A stretch of 64,000 bases of DNA from Microcoleus sp. (lineage in GTDB: Bacteria > Cyanobacteriota > Cyanobacteriia > Cyanobacteriales > Microcoleaceae): contig CP181291.1 in NCBI GenBank assembly GCA_052279835.1, positions 5,376,001 to 5,440,000 on the forward strand, read 5' to 3'. The notes under the pieces were generated by a model that ran no database searches, was not told the DNA's origin, and worked only from the letters and a program-made list of their open reading frames with translations. This document shows, one piece after another, positions 1-10,092 of this stretch. Every line of letters begins with the position of its first letter. Within the stretch, counting starts at the first letter, position 1. The position numbers were made by a program, and so were the translations under genes.

Positions 1-163
1 TCAGCATATCGACTACAAAGGTGAGCATGGGCGTGATGATCAGAAATGCCATGATTGCTCCCACTAATAGCTCGACCAGAGTCATGCCCTTTTCTGTTTG
101 ATCTGACTCGGAGCGGTTTCGCTGGTGCTGACTTTTTATAAGGAACCTGAGTAAAGTTTTCAT
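1..163 (-). CDS. hpsC: Hormogonium polysaccharide secretion pseudopilin HpsC-like, N-terminal part (runs off window)
   Basis: Manual translation from ATG at 163: MKTLLRFLIKSQHQRNRSESDQTEKG|MTLVELLVGAIMAFLII, a type IV prepilin cleavage motif; third gene after hpsA and hpsB. Confidence 0.75.
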   Translation of the reverse strand, partial: MKTLLRFLIKSQHQRNRSESDQTEKGMTLVELLVGAIMAFLIITPMLTFVVDML

Positions 164-219
164 TTTGACTGTTTCCTTTGTCAAATGGGGGAAGCGGTTT
201 TAATCTAATAACAAGGAAT

Positions 220-948
220 TTAATTTCTACACTTTTGAATATCACCTTGGAGGCGAGTGCACAACGCTCCATAGGCGGAGCCTTCTCCTGTAGTAGGGAG
301 AATTTGTGATTGCATAACCACCAAAGGTGCTTGAGGATTGCCAAGACTGGAATTAGCGACTGATTGCTGTGTAGTTGTCATCGGCTTTCCGGTAAACCCA
401 TCCGCCCGGTAAACCCGGACTAAGACTTGGTAGCCTTTTGATGTGGGATCGTTACCAGTAATAGATGTATCGGTATTTTGCCAAGCGCCCTGAACGTAAA
501 AGTCTTTGCTGCTAGTACAACCTCCCCCATCCGTGTCAACGCAGTATAAGTTGTTTTTACTTGTCGGAGCTGGTTGCTGAGCCAAATCGGGCTGGGTAGA
601 TTTAGCGGGAAACCCTTTTATGCTGGGGTCATTAAACTTAATAGACCCCGATCGCAAACCATCAACGTAAGTTCTCCCCGCCATCGCAGCCAGTTCGATC
701 CGCCGCGCTTGGACGCGAATTGCTACTGAGTAGGCCATCACCGGGGCGATCGCAATCATCAGTACCGAAACCACAATCATCGCTACCAATGACTCGATAA
801 TCGTGTAGCCAGAATCTTGTGGCTTCAGTTTTTGGGCGCAACTGCCAGATTTACTCTCAGTAGGCTGGCTGCTGAATTCTGTTTCTGTCTTTGCTCCCTT
901 GAATAAGATGGGTTGCCAGTAGCTGTTGTCTTTTAGTAGCTTATTCAT
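220..948 (-). CDS. hpsB: Pseudopilin HpsB-like (prepilin N-terminal cleavage/methylation protein)
   Basis: G|YTIIESLVAMIVVSVLMIAI prepilin motif; starts 2 nt after the hpsA stop. Confidence 0.8.
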   Translation of the reverse strand: MNKLLKDNSYWQPILFKGAKTETEFSSQPTESKSGSCAQKLKPQDSGYTIIESLVAMIVVSVLMIAIAPVMAYSVAIRVQARRIELAAMAGRTYVDGLRSGSIKFNDPSIKGFPAKSTQPDLAQQPAPTSKNNLYCVDTDGGGCTSSKDFYVQGAWQNTDTSITGNDPTSKGYQVLVRVYRADGFTGKPMTTTQQSVANSSLGNPQAPLVVMQSQILPTTGEGSAYGALCTRLQGDIQKCRN

Positions 949-950
949 GG

Positions 951-3900
951 TTAACCACCTGTGTTGTCTGTGCAGAATTTTGTTGGGCGCAAATTACCAC
1001 TGACAGCTTTCGTGGTCCCGTCCTTATCGAGGAAAGCACACAACAATGTTTCTATCCACTCGTCATTGCCAGGTACTTCTTGGAAATACTCATCTGGCGT
1101 TCGTTTTGTTGGAGGAGTCGTGAACTTGCGGGTAAACAAGTCGGGGGGCTGAGATAGTAAGCCCAAGTCATAACCCCAATTTCGAGCAGGAGGGCTGAAG
1201 AAGGGAAGACTACCGGAGCCGGCATCAGTTCTATATGAAGCTTTTGGAACACCGCCAGTGTAAGTGACTGCGGGTGGGGCTGGGTTCGGTGGGGTTGGCG
1301 GTGAATCGAAAAGACTCCGCAACTTAGTTGGATCAGTCTGCTGCGGAGCCGCCGGAGCTAGAATCGGGGTATAGGGCGCGGTGCTGTAAGCACTCCGGCC
1401 GAACTGAATAAAGGAACCCTGGATGTTTGTGGAAACTGCCCCGGAATTCCAGTTTTCCAAGAAGCGGGGCAAGTTTTGCATACCGCCGTTAAAGTCACCG
1501 ACGTCTGAGGTGAGCGATCGCGAAGGAGTATCGTTGGAGCCTACGACCATATTAAATGTTGTGTCTACAGCCGTCGTTATCCACCCGGTCGCCCTCACAA
1601 TATTTGTACCTTCTGGCAAACTGGCCGATGAAGCAGCCGCTGGCGCCGCCGTCACAGTTTGGCTCTGCAAAACCGGCATGAGTAGTGGCTGGGAGCCTTT
1701 AGCTACTCCTGGGGGGATTGCTGGTGCTGATGTTGCCGCTAATGTGGGCAGATCTGCACCGCTCCCGTCCTTCACCGCCTTGTTAAACACATAGGGAAAT
1801 TTTTCTGAACCGTAAGTCACTGTAGTACCGCCAGCCGTAGCAGTCGTCGCAAACCACAGAGAATTATCTGTTAAATTGCCTGGCCCAGCAACAACTGTTG
1901 TGCCACTAATCCCTAAAGGCGTTGGATTGTTGTTTGAATCTAGCACCAGAGCATTTGGAGAGGTGGTTCTTTGAAAAGCAACTCGGCGGGGGAAGCGTTG
2001 ATATTGGGGCGCTGGGGGAGCAGCAGTTGTTCCGGCTAGCCAATTGGTAGAGGACACAGCAACGTTTGCAGCGGTCTGAGTTTGCGGATTGACGTACCAG
2101 TCGCTATCGGTACAGGCAGAAACTGGCAGTTTTATACAAACTTCCATCAAATACTCTGGGAAATTACCGCGCCGCTGGACAGGGGTGACAAAGTTGTTGA
2201 AGTAAGAACTGGTAATCGGGGGAGAGGTGTTGACATAGGTAGCATCTGTCAGCGCTGTAGTGCTAGCACCTGTGGTACCTAGTAAATTGCCGTTGTCTGA
2301 AAACGCCGCGCTGGAAAGTCCGTTAGTAACAAAGTTGTTGCTGTAAAATCCTTGCTGTTTGCGAGGCGTTACAGCAGCAGCACCGGCATTATTTCTCAGG
2401 TCAAAATCTCCCTCGTTGCGGAAGCCAAAACGGTAATTTTGTGAAAGGAGTGTGACAGCATCTGCCAGTATGTTTGCGGGACGCCAGGTGTCCCCTGTTG
2501 TACATTTACCACCTAATCTGGGGTCGTTTGGGCGACAGGCAAAGTTCTTATTGAGGTTTGCGGCTGTGCGATCGTAAAAGGTACTCCAATCACCCACGGC
2601 CTGAGTAAATTCTTCGCCGGAGTGAGGGTTAAATTCGCCTTTGATGTAAACGGGCAAATTAGATGCCAAAGTTAGCCCCTTTTCCTTGACTACATCCGCC
2701 ACAGTAGCGGAGGAACCAGGAACTCTGCCTAGCTGCTGACCATTCACAAGTAGAATTCCGTTGGGCTTCCGAGTAGGGTCTAGCAGGGAATCTGTGGGGC
2801 TGAGTGTTGCGCTGCTACTTTCATCTATGCCACCTGCGGCAAGAGCTGGGCGAGCACTTCGATCAGGCAGCGCATCGTCGCGAGTGGCATAAATAATCCC
2901 GCTGTTTGGCAGTAAATACTCGTCTCCCAATTTAGTCCTTCGCAGTGCATCGAGGTCTATCTGAGTGGCACGAATTTCTAGGGGTTGCCGTTCTTCTAAG
3001 GGCAGGTTGTAGTTCCCTGTTAAATTTGCAGCCTCGCTTGCTGTAGTGAGGCTGCTCAGCGTAAAGGCTTCGTTAACTTTGGTGGTAGTCTGGTCATCGC
3101 GATCGATCGCCTTGATTTCTCTGGCATTCAAAAATGCTACTTCTTGGATAGCCCCGTGAGGAATCAGTGCCGGATTGGGTGTGAGCTCGCCCTTAAGTAT
3201 CTGTAGCGCGCAATTAGTCGAGTCGATCGCAGCTTTTTCTGCCACATTGCGATCGGCGTCTGCTTTCTGAAGAGCATCTCTCAAAGGCTTGTTAGCAAAC
3301 CGACCGTCGGGGAAGACCAAGTTTGCCTGGGCTACCAAAATTGGATCTCCACCGCTCAGCAAGCCTGTAGTGGTGTCCAGGTTTGAAGCAGCCGGTCGCA
3401 CTCTTGTAGGGGGGCCGTAGGTGATGCCATTATTGGAGCCGATAAAGGCTTGCCGTGTTCCCAGTCCTACCTCGCCGCTGACATCAGGCAGGCTTCCCGT
3501 CGAAATGTTTCTCGCTGTGGAAGCGTTGCTAGGGTCGTAATAGCTGCTGACGCAGGCCAGCGGTTTGTCGTTCAACTCTCCCTTGGCAGGGGGATTATTT
3601 GCATAGTGATAAACTACTGTCGCCCGCATCCGCAAGTCGCCCTTGGCATATTTCTTAGCGGTGGTAGCCTGCTCAACAATACCTGGAAGTAGAGTAGTAG
3701 AGGCGACTGCTGATGGGAGACTTGCGCTAATATCGGTAGAACTAGACCAAGCTGGGAGCCATTTAGTCCACTTTGCCTTATCGTAAGCGCCACCAGCAAT
3801 ATTGTCATAAACTTCTGACCCCAGTCCCAGTGGTGACATCGGCATGGAGTCCGGCCAGACGACGGGGTATTTCTCAACAGCAGTAGTTGTTGGGTCGTCG

Positions 3901-5948
3901 TAAGTAGCTGTGTCCCCAGTTACTGTGGCACCACTCGAAGGATTTATCCAGCTAGGCGGCGGCAGGAATGAATTAGTGCGATCGTAAACCCCTGCACCAG
4001 TAATGACGCGCAAACCGCCAATACCATCCAAGGGATTTTTCGGGTTTCTTGCTGCTTCTTGTTCCCAAAAACCGTTGCGATCGGTTGCTCCTACATCCGC
4101 AATCTTTGTCGCCTGGGACGATCGAGTGCGCGGAAAATTAGGATCTAGGGGGTCGATCGAATTCCAATTCCCTGCTATTTTTTCTTCTTTACTGGTAAAT
4201 TCAGATTTGGTGGCATCCCATCTCTTGGCTGGTAGGTTGTTGCCTACCACAACCCTATCGCCCAAAAAATTTTCTTCTTCAGGTTCTTTTGAGGGGTCTG
4301 TTGCTTCTAGCTGACCAACCGTTAGCTTGACTTTGGTGTCGGAATCATTGAGCAAACTCCATTGGTCTATGGGTCTTAGGGTATCTTTTGTGCCTAGAAT
4401 GGGTGGGGTTCCGGGCGGTGTTGACCACGGAAGACCGTAGCCCGTCGTTGCATCTCCTCCAAGTGGCACTTCCGCAAAGGGAACCTTGCGGAGCATCTGT
4501 TTAAAATATTCTGTCAGCGCTTGTTTGCGATCTTGGCTTTGCAGTCGCTGCCGCACTGACAACGGATCGTTAGTCTCCGGGTTTGGCTTGGCGGGGTCTC
4601 CCATCTGCGTTTCTACTAGCAAAGATAGGCGCTTTGTATAGGCTTCGTCGTTGTAAAGAACATTCAATCTAGAATCGCTCGTTGATTCCGTTGTACCCGC
4701 CTTAATTTCTAATTTTTTACTCAGCATGAATGCGTTTTTTCCGCTCGTAGGCAGGCTACCTTTTTTGAAAAGGTGCGCGTCCACTGCATTCTTAACCGTG
4801 TTGTCACCAGACCAACCATTAACTACATTACCAGCGACAACAATTTTGCTACCTTCTTGATCGTAGAAACAAGAATCTGGGCTGCTGACCTGATAAAATT
4901 TTACGCTGTTAGGATTATTAAACCCTGTCACTAGCAAATTACTGTTTGTGAATATCCGCCCGTTTAAATTCAACGGAGGTCCCGGCGATATGTCTAGATC
5001 GTTTTCATAAACAACCGCGTTGTTGGGGATCGGAATTAGAGCTTGGTCTTGCTGATATTCCAGGGCTGAAATGCTAGAAGTTCCTGTGAATGGTTGATAC
5101 TTAGAATTGGTAGCAGCATCTGCTGCTGTCATCGGTACGTTAACTGTATAAACGAAAAAACTTTTTTTAAGTTTGCCGTCTATCCTGTACCAGCCTGAGT
5201 CTCCCGCTAAAGTAGCGACAGTACCTCCACCCTGTTCGCAACCAGCCTTAAGTTTCCTCTGCGGTGGCTTTCTTGCTTCCAACGGCTCTCTTTTTCTTTC
5301 AAATTCCCCCAAAGTAGGGGCAAGCAAGCCCCTTGGGGGGGTGCGGAAGAATATACCGTAGAGGGTAAAATTATCAAATTTGCCATCTCCATTTGTATCG
5401 ACGGGATATCTCCAAGCAGTATTTATCGATTCGTTCTTTTCGATATCAAAGCCAGAATCAGTAGCCTTAAGATCTGGACTTATGCTGTTGTTACCGTCTA
5501 GGTCATACTTAAGTCTCAGGCGATCCTCGTCCCCAAACGTATAACTATCAACTGTACTGACGGGATTTGCCAGCGGCAAGTACAAGTCTCGATCCGAAGG
5601 CGTACCCCGATTCTGGGTTTGCTCCAGCAGAAACTGAATTTTCGCCTTCGCCCGATCAATCGCCGGAGTTGCCGCCGCCAATACCTGCTGATTCACGCGC
5701 ACATTCCGAGCATTATTCGCCCGATCGAACGATCGCAGAGTAATCGCCACCGTCAGCAAAATCACCACCAACAATACCATCGTCACCGTCGGCAACACAA
5801 ACCCCGCCACGGGCAAATTTGCCCGTCGGCCCATTGCCATGAGCGATCGCAACATTGCCCTCATTAGCCGCTTCGCACCCGATCGCGTCACACCGAGAAC
5901 CCGCCGTAACAGCGATACGATAACTTTCGATAATTTGCTTTTATACAT
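951..5948 (-). CDS. hpsA: Hormogonium polysaccharide biosynthesis protein HpsA (giant minor-pilin-like protein)
   Basis: 1665 aa; AG|FVLPTVTMVLLVV pilin-like helix; C-terminal GGMQNLPRFLENW and PPARNWGYD motifs; followed by pseudopilins. Confidence 0.85.
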   Translation of the reverse strand: MYKSKLSKVIVSLLRRVLGVTRSGAKRLMRAMLRSLMAMGRRANLPVAGFVLPTVTMVLLVVILLTVAITLRSFDRANNARNVRVNQQVLAAATPAIDRAKAKIQFLLEQTQNRGTPSDRDLYLPLANPVSTVDSYTFGDEDRLRLKYDLDGNNSISPDLKATDSGFDIEKNESINTAWRYPVDTNGDGKFDNFTLYGIFFRTPPRGLLAPTLGEFERKREPLEARKPPQRKLKAGCEQGGGTVATLAGDSGWYRIDGKLKKSFFVYTVNVPMTAADAATNSKYQPFTGTSSISALEYQQDQALIPIPNNAVVYENDLDISPGPPLNLNGRIFTNSNLLVTGFNNPNSVKFYQVSSPDSCFYDQEGSKIVVAGNVVNGWSGDNTVKNAVDAHLFKKGSLPTSGKNAFMLSKKLEIKAGTTESTSDSRLNVLYNDEAYTKRLSLLVETQMGDPAKPNPETNDPLSVRQRLQSQDRKQALTEYFKQMLRKVPFAEVPLGGDATTGYGLPWSTPPGTPPILGTKDTLRPIDQWSLLNDSDTKVKLTVGQLEATDPSKEPEEENFLGDRVVVGNNLPAKRWDATKSEFTSKEEKIAGNWNSIDPLDPNFPRTRSSQATKIADVGATDRNGFWEQEAARNPKNPLDGIGGLRVITGAGVYDRTNSFLPPPSWINPSSGATVTGDTATYDDPTTTAVEKYPVVWPDSMPMSPLGLGSEVYDNIAGGAYDKAKWTKWLPAWSSSTDISASLPSAVASTTLLPGIVEQATTAKKYAKGDLRMRATVVYHYANNPPAKGELNDKPLACVSSYYDPSNASTARNISTGSLPDVSGEVGLGTRQAFIGSNNGITYGPPTRVRPAASNLDTTTGLLSGGDPILVAQANLVFPDGRFANKPLRDALQKADADRNVAEKAAIDSTNCALQILKGELTPNPALIPHGAIQEVAFLNAREIKAIDRDDQTTTKVNEAFTLSSLTTASEAANLTGNYNLPLEERQPLEIRATQIDLDALRRTKLGDEYLLPNSGIIYATRDDALPDRSARPALAAGGIDESSSATLSPTDSLLDPTRKPNGILLVNGQQLGRVPGSSATVADVVKEKGLTLASNLPVYIKGEFNPHSGEEFTQAVGDWSTFYDRTAANLNKNFACRPNDPRLGGKCTTGDTWRPANILADAVTLLSQNYRFGFRNEGDFDLRNNAGAAAVTPRKQQGFYSNNFVTNGLSSAAFSDNGNLLGTTGASTTALTDATYVNTSPPITSSYFNNFVTPVQRRGNFPEYLMEVCIKLPVSACTDSDWYVNPQTQTAANVAVSSTNWLAGTTAAPPAPQYQRFPRRVAFQRTTSPNALVLDSNNNPTPLGISGTTVVAGPGNLTDNSLWFATTATAGGTTVTYGSEKFPYVFNKAVKDGSGADLPTLAATSAPAIPPGVAKGSQPLLMPVLQSQTVTAAPAAASSASLPEGTNIVRATGWITTAVDTTFNMVVGSNDTPSRSLTSDVGDFNGGMQNLPRFLENWNSGAVSTNIQGSFIQFGRSAYSTAPYTPILAPAAPQQTDPTKLRSLFDSPPTPPNPAPPAVTYTGGVPKASYRTDAGSGSLPFFSPPARNWGYDLGLLSQPPDLFTRKFTTPPTKRTPDEYFQEVPGNDEWIETLLCAFLDKDGTTKAVSGNLRPTKFCTDNTGG

Positions 5949-6419
5949 TGACGCCTTCCTGAATAGTTTCAGAGATGGTATTGCAGGTAGTTACTGCTCG
6001 ACAGTACGATCCCATTTTTATAATTCCCATTTTATTCAACATTCATATCAACCCGTTGCAAAAATTCACAGAATGTGTTATCCCACTGAAAAATAAAATC
6101 CCCGAACCCGTTTCACCGCCGATATGTTGCATCACAATCAATCAAGGGTTTGGCGATCGCAGGGTAGGGGATTTACCAGAATTATTGGCTTTCCTCAAAG
6201 ATTATTTCTCCAACCCGCGCCTACAGAATTTTGAACCACCGATATATATTTCCCTAGAAAGATTTGCCCCCAAGGATGTCAGCCTAGGGAAATCCAATCT
6301 AACCTACTTCAATCCTCTTGTCATTACCCCCGATCGACTGTGAGTTCGATCGCTCCCAATGCTGTAGGGGCCGGTTACAACAGTAGATTGTTGCTACGCA
6401 TTAGAACTAATCAAATATT

Positions 6420-6519
6420 AAGCTCTTAAATCCTTTGTGAATTTCTTACTCCCTCCCCTTAGTAAGGTCCGGGTTGGGGTGGGGTAAAAATATTTACGAC
6501 TCCTGCAAGGATTGCTATA
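6420..6519. repeat. Small dispersed repeat / MITE-like element with degenerate left end, same family as 14884-14986
   Basis: Shares TTTGTGAATTTCTTACTCCCTCCCC...GGGTTGGGGTGGGGTAAAAATATTTA...GGATTGCTATA with 14884-14986. Confidence 0.75.
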
Positions 6520-6573
6520 TTAAGATGTTAAATCAATAAATATATCTTCAGTCCTTTTCAAAGGACTTGCGCT

Positions 6574-7431
6574 ATGAGACGGGGGTTTTTAACCCCCGGC
6601 GGACTATCGGTACAAATGCCAAATCCGAAACAGTCGCTACAAATGCAAAATATCAACCTACAACCCATGAACCAAATCCCAAAACCCCCCGACTTCATCA
6701 TCATCGGCGTCCAAAAAGGCGGCACTACATCTCTATATAACTATCTCACCCAACATCCCCAAATCGTCCCCGCCACCCAAAAAGAAGTACATTATTTTGA
6801 CCTCAACTTCGACAAGGGTGCAGACTGGTATTACTCCCAATTTCCCCAGCCCAAAAGCGGCGAAAATCTGACAACAGGAGAAGCCAGCCCCTACTATATT
6901 TTTCATCCCCAAGTTCCAGGGCGAATCCACGATTTGTGTCCCCAGGTCAAAATAATTGCCCTCCTGAGAAACCCCATATATCGCGCTATTTCCCATTATT
7001 ATTACTATATCAAAATTGGCTACGAATCGCTATCATTAGAAAGTGCGATCGCCTCCGAACCCGAAAGACTCCAAGGCGAAATTGAAAAACTGATCGCCAA
7101 CCCCAACTACTACAGTTACGAACACCAACACCACAGCTATTTAACTCGCGGCATTTACGCAGATCAACTCCCAGCCTGGATGAAACTATTTCCCCAAGAA
7201 CAAATCTTAATCATCAAAAGCGAAGACTTGTACACCAATCCCAGCCCTACCTTCAACACCGTCTTAGAGTTCTTAAACTTACCACCCCATCAGCTACAAA
7301 CCTACGAAAGATACAACTCCACCGAATATCCCCCCATCAGCGAGGCTATCTACGAGCAATTGAGAGCATATTTTCGATCGCACAATCAAAGACTAGCCCA
7401 AATGTGCGATCGAGATTTCGGCTGGGATTAA
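6574..7431 (+). CDS. PAPS-dependent sulfotransferase (true start probably a later Met)
   Basis: 5'-PSB motif IIGVQKGGTTSL and 3'-PB motif LRNPIYRAISHY; the first codons of the ORF fall in a dispersed repeat. Confidence 0.9.
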   Translation: MRRGFLTPGGLSVQMPNPKQSLQMQNINLQPMNQIPKPPDFIIIGVQKGGTTSLYNYLTQHPQIVPATQKEVHYFDLNFDKGADWYYSQFPQPKSGENLTTGEASPYYIFHPQVPGRIHDLCPQVKIIALLRNPIYRAISHYYYYIKIGYESLSLESAIASEPERLQGEIEKLIANPNYYSYEHQHHSYLTRGIYADQLPAWMKLFPQEQILIIKSEDLYTNPSPTFNTVLEFLNLPPHQLQTYERYNSTEYPPISEAIYEQLRAYFRSHNQRLAQMCDRDFGWD

Positions 7432-7687
7432 TCAAATTTCCCTCATCCTCTAGGGGCTGGTGACACCATTTTTCTGACCTATGTGCTATGGATGAAGTCT
7501 TAGCCCCCCCTTAATAAGGGGGGGTTGGGGGGGTAATATATAGCGCTACTTTATGAAATTGGTATGACCCAAAAATAATTGCCCAAAAACAACAATTTCG
7601 TGAGGACTCAAGCGCCCTAACTGGCGGACGAGAGGCAGAAATTAGACTAAAATAAAACAACAGTCATCTACCAAATATCCCTTAATT

Positions 7688-7885
7688 ATGCCCATACTAT
7701 TTAACGTCCCTTCCATCGCCTGTGCCGGCTGCGGAGACACAATTACCAAAGCGATCCAAACAGTGGAACCAGAAGCGAAAATCAATGTAGATATCGCAGC
7801 TAAGACTGTAACTGTTGAGGCTAAAGCGGCAGAAGAATCAATCAAACAGGCGATTGTTGCTACAGGCCACACCGTCGAAGATTAA
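7688..7885 (+). CDS. Heavy-metal-associated (HMA) copper chaperone, CopZ/Atx1-like
   Basis: 65 aa with SIACAGC metal-binding motif. Confidence 0.88.
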   Translation: MPILFNVPSIACAGCGDTITKAIQTVEPEAKINVDIAAKTVTVEAKAAEESIKQAIVATGHTVED

Positions 7886-8058
7886 GGAGGGTAGGCACAG
7901 GGGGCACTACCCCTACAAAACTCTCATTTTTTTGAGAATGAAACATCCCTGGGGGCTGGGGCGATTGGCCCATTCCCATAGGTGTCAACTTAAGGTATAA
8001 CTCATAGTCCGGCAGGGGTTGAAACCCCTGCCTCAAAGCGAAAGTCCTCCTAAGAAAC

Positions 8059-8378
8059 TCAATCTAACTTAGGTAAGTTATGCAGGTACACCAATGTCAA
8101 AAGAATTTGATCTGCGAGCGTTAGTTTAGGGGGGCGACCGCTGCCGGGTTTAATCAGCCGAGTTTTCTGGCTTTCTTGAGATTCCTTTTGACGATCGTAC
8201 AGATTTTCGGCATTGGTAATTAGTTATATTAATTGGTCGTAGTCTATACCCAACATTCTTTGAGTCTCGGATGGATGCTTTTCAAGATATTCTCGAAGTT
8301 GGCTCATGTTGAAAGGTGGTAAAATTTCATTATACTTTAAGAGCGATCGGTCAACCATTTCTTTTTGGGAGAGGTCTA
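8059..8378 (-). mobile_element. Truncated IS remnant (IS5/ISL2-like transposase N-terminus, pseudogene)
   Basis: Manual translation 8307-8059: MSQLREYLEKHPSETQRMLGIDYDQLI*LITNAE...KPGSGRPPKLTLADQILLTLVYLHNLP, with an internal stop; putative end TAGACCTCTCC at the vapC junction. Confidence 0.7.
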
Positions 8379-8549
8379 CTGTTCCTTGTAGCGCACCCCA
8401 GAAAGCACCTCCTGACGAATAGCACCCAGTAAAACAACTCGTCCATCTGCAATCAAATCGTGTAGGACTTTAACGATCGCGATCGCATCATTTGTTGTGT
8501 TGCGCCGTAAAGCCAGCGACCAAACGGAACTATCAACAACAACATTCAT
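8376..8549 (-). pseudogene. vapC: VapC (PIN-domain) toxin truncated at 57 aa
   Basis: MNVVVDSSVWSLALRR...LGAIRQEVLSGVRYKEQ*; ATGA overlap with the antitoxin stop; the stop coincides with the IS end. Confidence 0.82.
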
Positions 8550-8746
8550 GTTGTTTGTCGCTGTTCCTTGTAGTTATAATCTTCATCGTATTCAATAGTA
8601 CCAAACAATTCTAATATTTTTAATTGTTTGCGACGTTGAATGTACTCGCGTAAAGCGGCTTCGATTAATGTAGTGGGTGTTGGATGGTTACTCAAATCAA
8701 GGGCTTCTTGAAGAAGAGTTTTGTCAATTTCGAGCGTAGTTACCAT
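8546..8746 (-). CDS. vapB: Type II antitoxin VapB family
   Basis: 66 aa, TTLEIDKTLLQEAL...IEAALREYIQRRKQ; directly upstream of the PIN-domain fragment. Confidence 0.85.
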   Translation of the reverse strand: MVTTLEIDKTLLQEALDLSNHPTPTTLIEAALREYIQRRKQLKILELFGTIEYDEDYNYKEQRQTT

Positions 8747-8888
8747 GTATTTTCAGGAGTGCAAGTAGGGTATGACGCAGTTACAACCGAACAATGCTGT
8801 AATCTTACAGTAGCACTGAAACTCTATGAAAGTGCGATCGCCCTGATTGTCCCAAATAACCAAAAGGGCGATCGTCCCTCAATAAATT

Positions 8889-9788
8889 TTACTTCGTCCC
8901 ACTATACTCCGAAGCAACAATCATCGATCCAATACCGGAATCGCTGAAAATCTCTTGCAGCAAAGCGTGTTCGAGACGACCATCAATAATATGAGCAGCC
9001 TTCACACCTTGAGCTAAACTCCGCACACAACAAGTAACCTTTGGAATCATCCCCCCAGAAACAACCCCAGACTCAATTAACTGTCGAGCTTCTTGAATAT
9101 CTAACTTCACAATCAGACTTTCTGGGTTGTGATAATCCTCCAAAATGCCAGCAGTATCAGTCATCAAAATCAATTTTTCAGCACCCAAACCAGCCGCAAT
9201 TTCTCCAGCCACGGTGTCGGCATTAATATTGTAAGATTGACCATTTTCATCCGCCGCCACACTCGACACCACCGGAATATATCCGCTGTTTACCAAAGAC
9301 TCCAAAATCTGGATTTTCACGCCACTAACTTCACCCACAAACCCAATCCCCTCCCGGCCATCAGGACGAGCTTGAATCAAATTACCATCCTTGCCGCATA
9401 AACCCACAGCCTTACCGCCAGCTTGGTTAATTAACGACACAATTTCCTTATTTACCTTCCCCACCAAAACCATCTCGACAACTTCCATAGTCGCCGCATC
9501 TGTCACCCTCAAACCATTCTTAAATTGGGGCTCAATGCCTAATTTTTCCAGCCAAGTATTAATTTCCGGCCCGCCACCGTGAACCACCACCGGACGCATC
9601 CCCACACAGGATAGCAATACAATATCCCGAACTACTTGATCTTTGAGATTGCTATCTTTCATTGCAGCGCCGCCATATTTTACCACAATCGTGCGGCCTG
9701 CAAAATGTTGAATGTAGGGCAGTGCTTCCGAAAGCACTTCTACTCGATTAGTTTCTGAATTCCTAACAAAATCGCTTTGTTTGAGCAT
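8889..9788 (-). CDS. argB: Acetylglutamate kinase
   Basis: [33 protein letters not shown] motifs. Confidence 0.97.
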   Translation of the reverse strand: MLKQSDFVRNSETNRVEVLSEALPYIQHFAGRTIVVKYGGAAMKDSNLKDQVVRDIVLLSCVGMRPVVVHGGGPEINTWLEKLGIEPQFKNGLRVTDAATMEVVEMVLVGKVNKEIVSLINQAGGKAVGLCGKDGNLIQARPDGREGIGFVGEVSGVKIQILESLVNSGYIPVVSSVAADENGQSYNINADTVAGEIAAGLGAEKLILMTDTAGILEDYHNPESLIVKLDIQEARQLIESGVVSGGMIPKVTCCVRSLAQGVKAAHIIDGRLEHALLQEIFSDSGIGSMIVASEYSGTK

Positions 9789-10092
9789 GGGATAATTACA
9801 AATGACGAAAAACTTAAGTCTAAAGTTTAATGGTTAAAGCGGATATCAACAACCACAAAAAGCGCTTTTTGCATGGAATTGATTAAATTTATCGAATTTA
9901 TCCATGAACAGACCGATCGCCCATCTGCCACAATAGCGAACTCAGCCTGACTAGCCATGCTATCACAGCAATTATCTATTAAAAAATTAATAGGTTTTTT
10001 TAATGATGTAACTTAAATTTTTGTATTATAACTTATGATTTTCTTGCTAAAGTAAAGAAATGTATGGCTACTCTTGATTTACTTAAGGTTTT

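Noticed and set aside
961..5867. Many short antisense or alternate-frame ORFs within hpsA (and likewise within other long genes)
   Set aside because: Shadow ORFs of well-supported genes
5839..6343. ORFs of 85 and 122 aa upstream of hpsA, and a possible SigJ-type GGGAAT box near 6020-6030
   Set aside because: No family features; the motif match is too short to support
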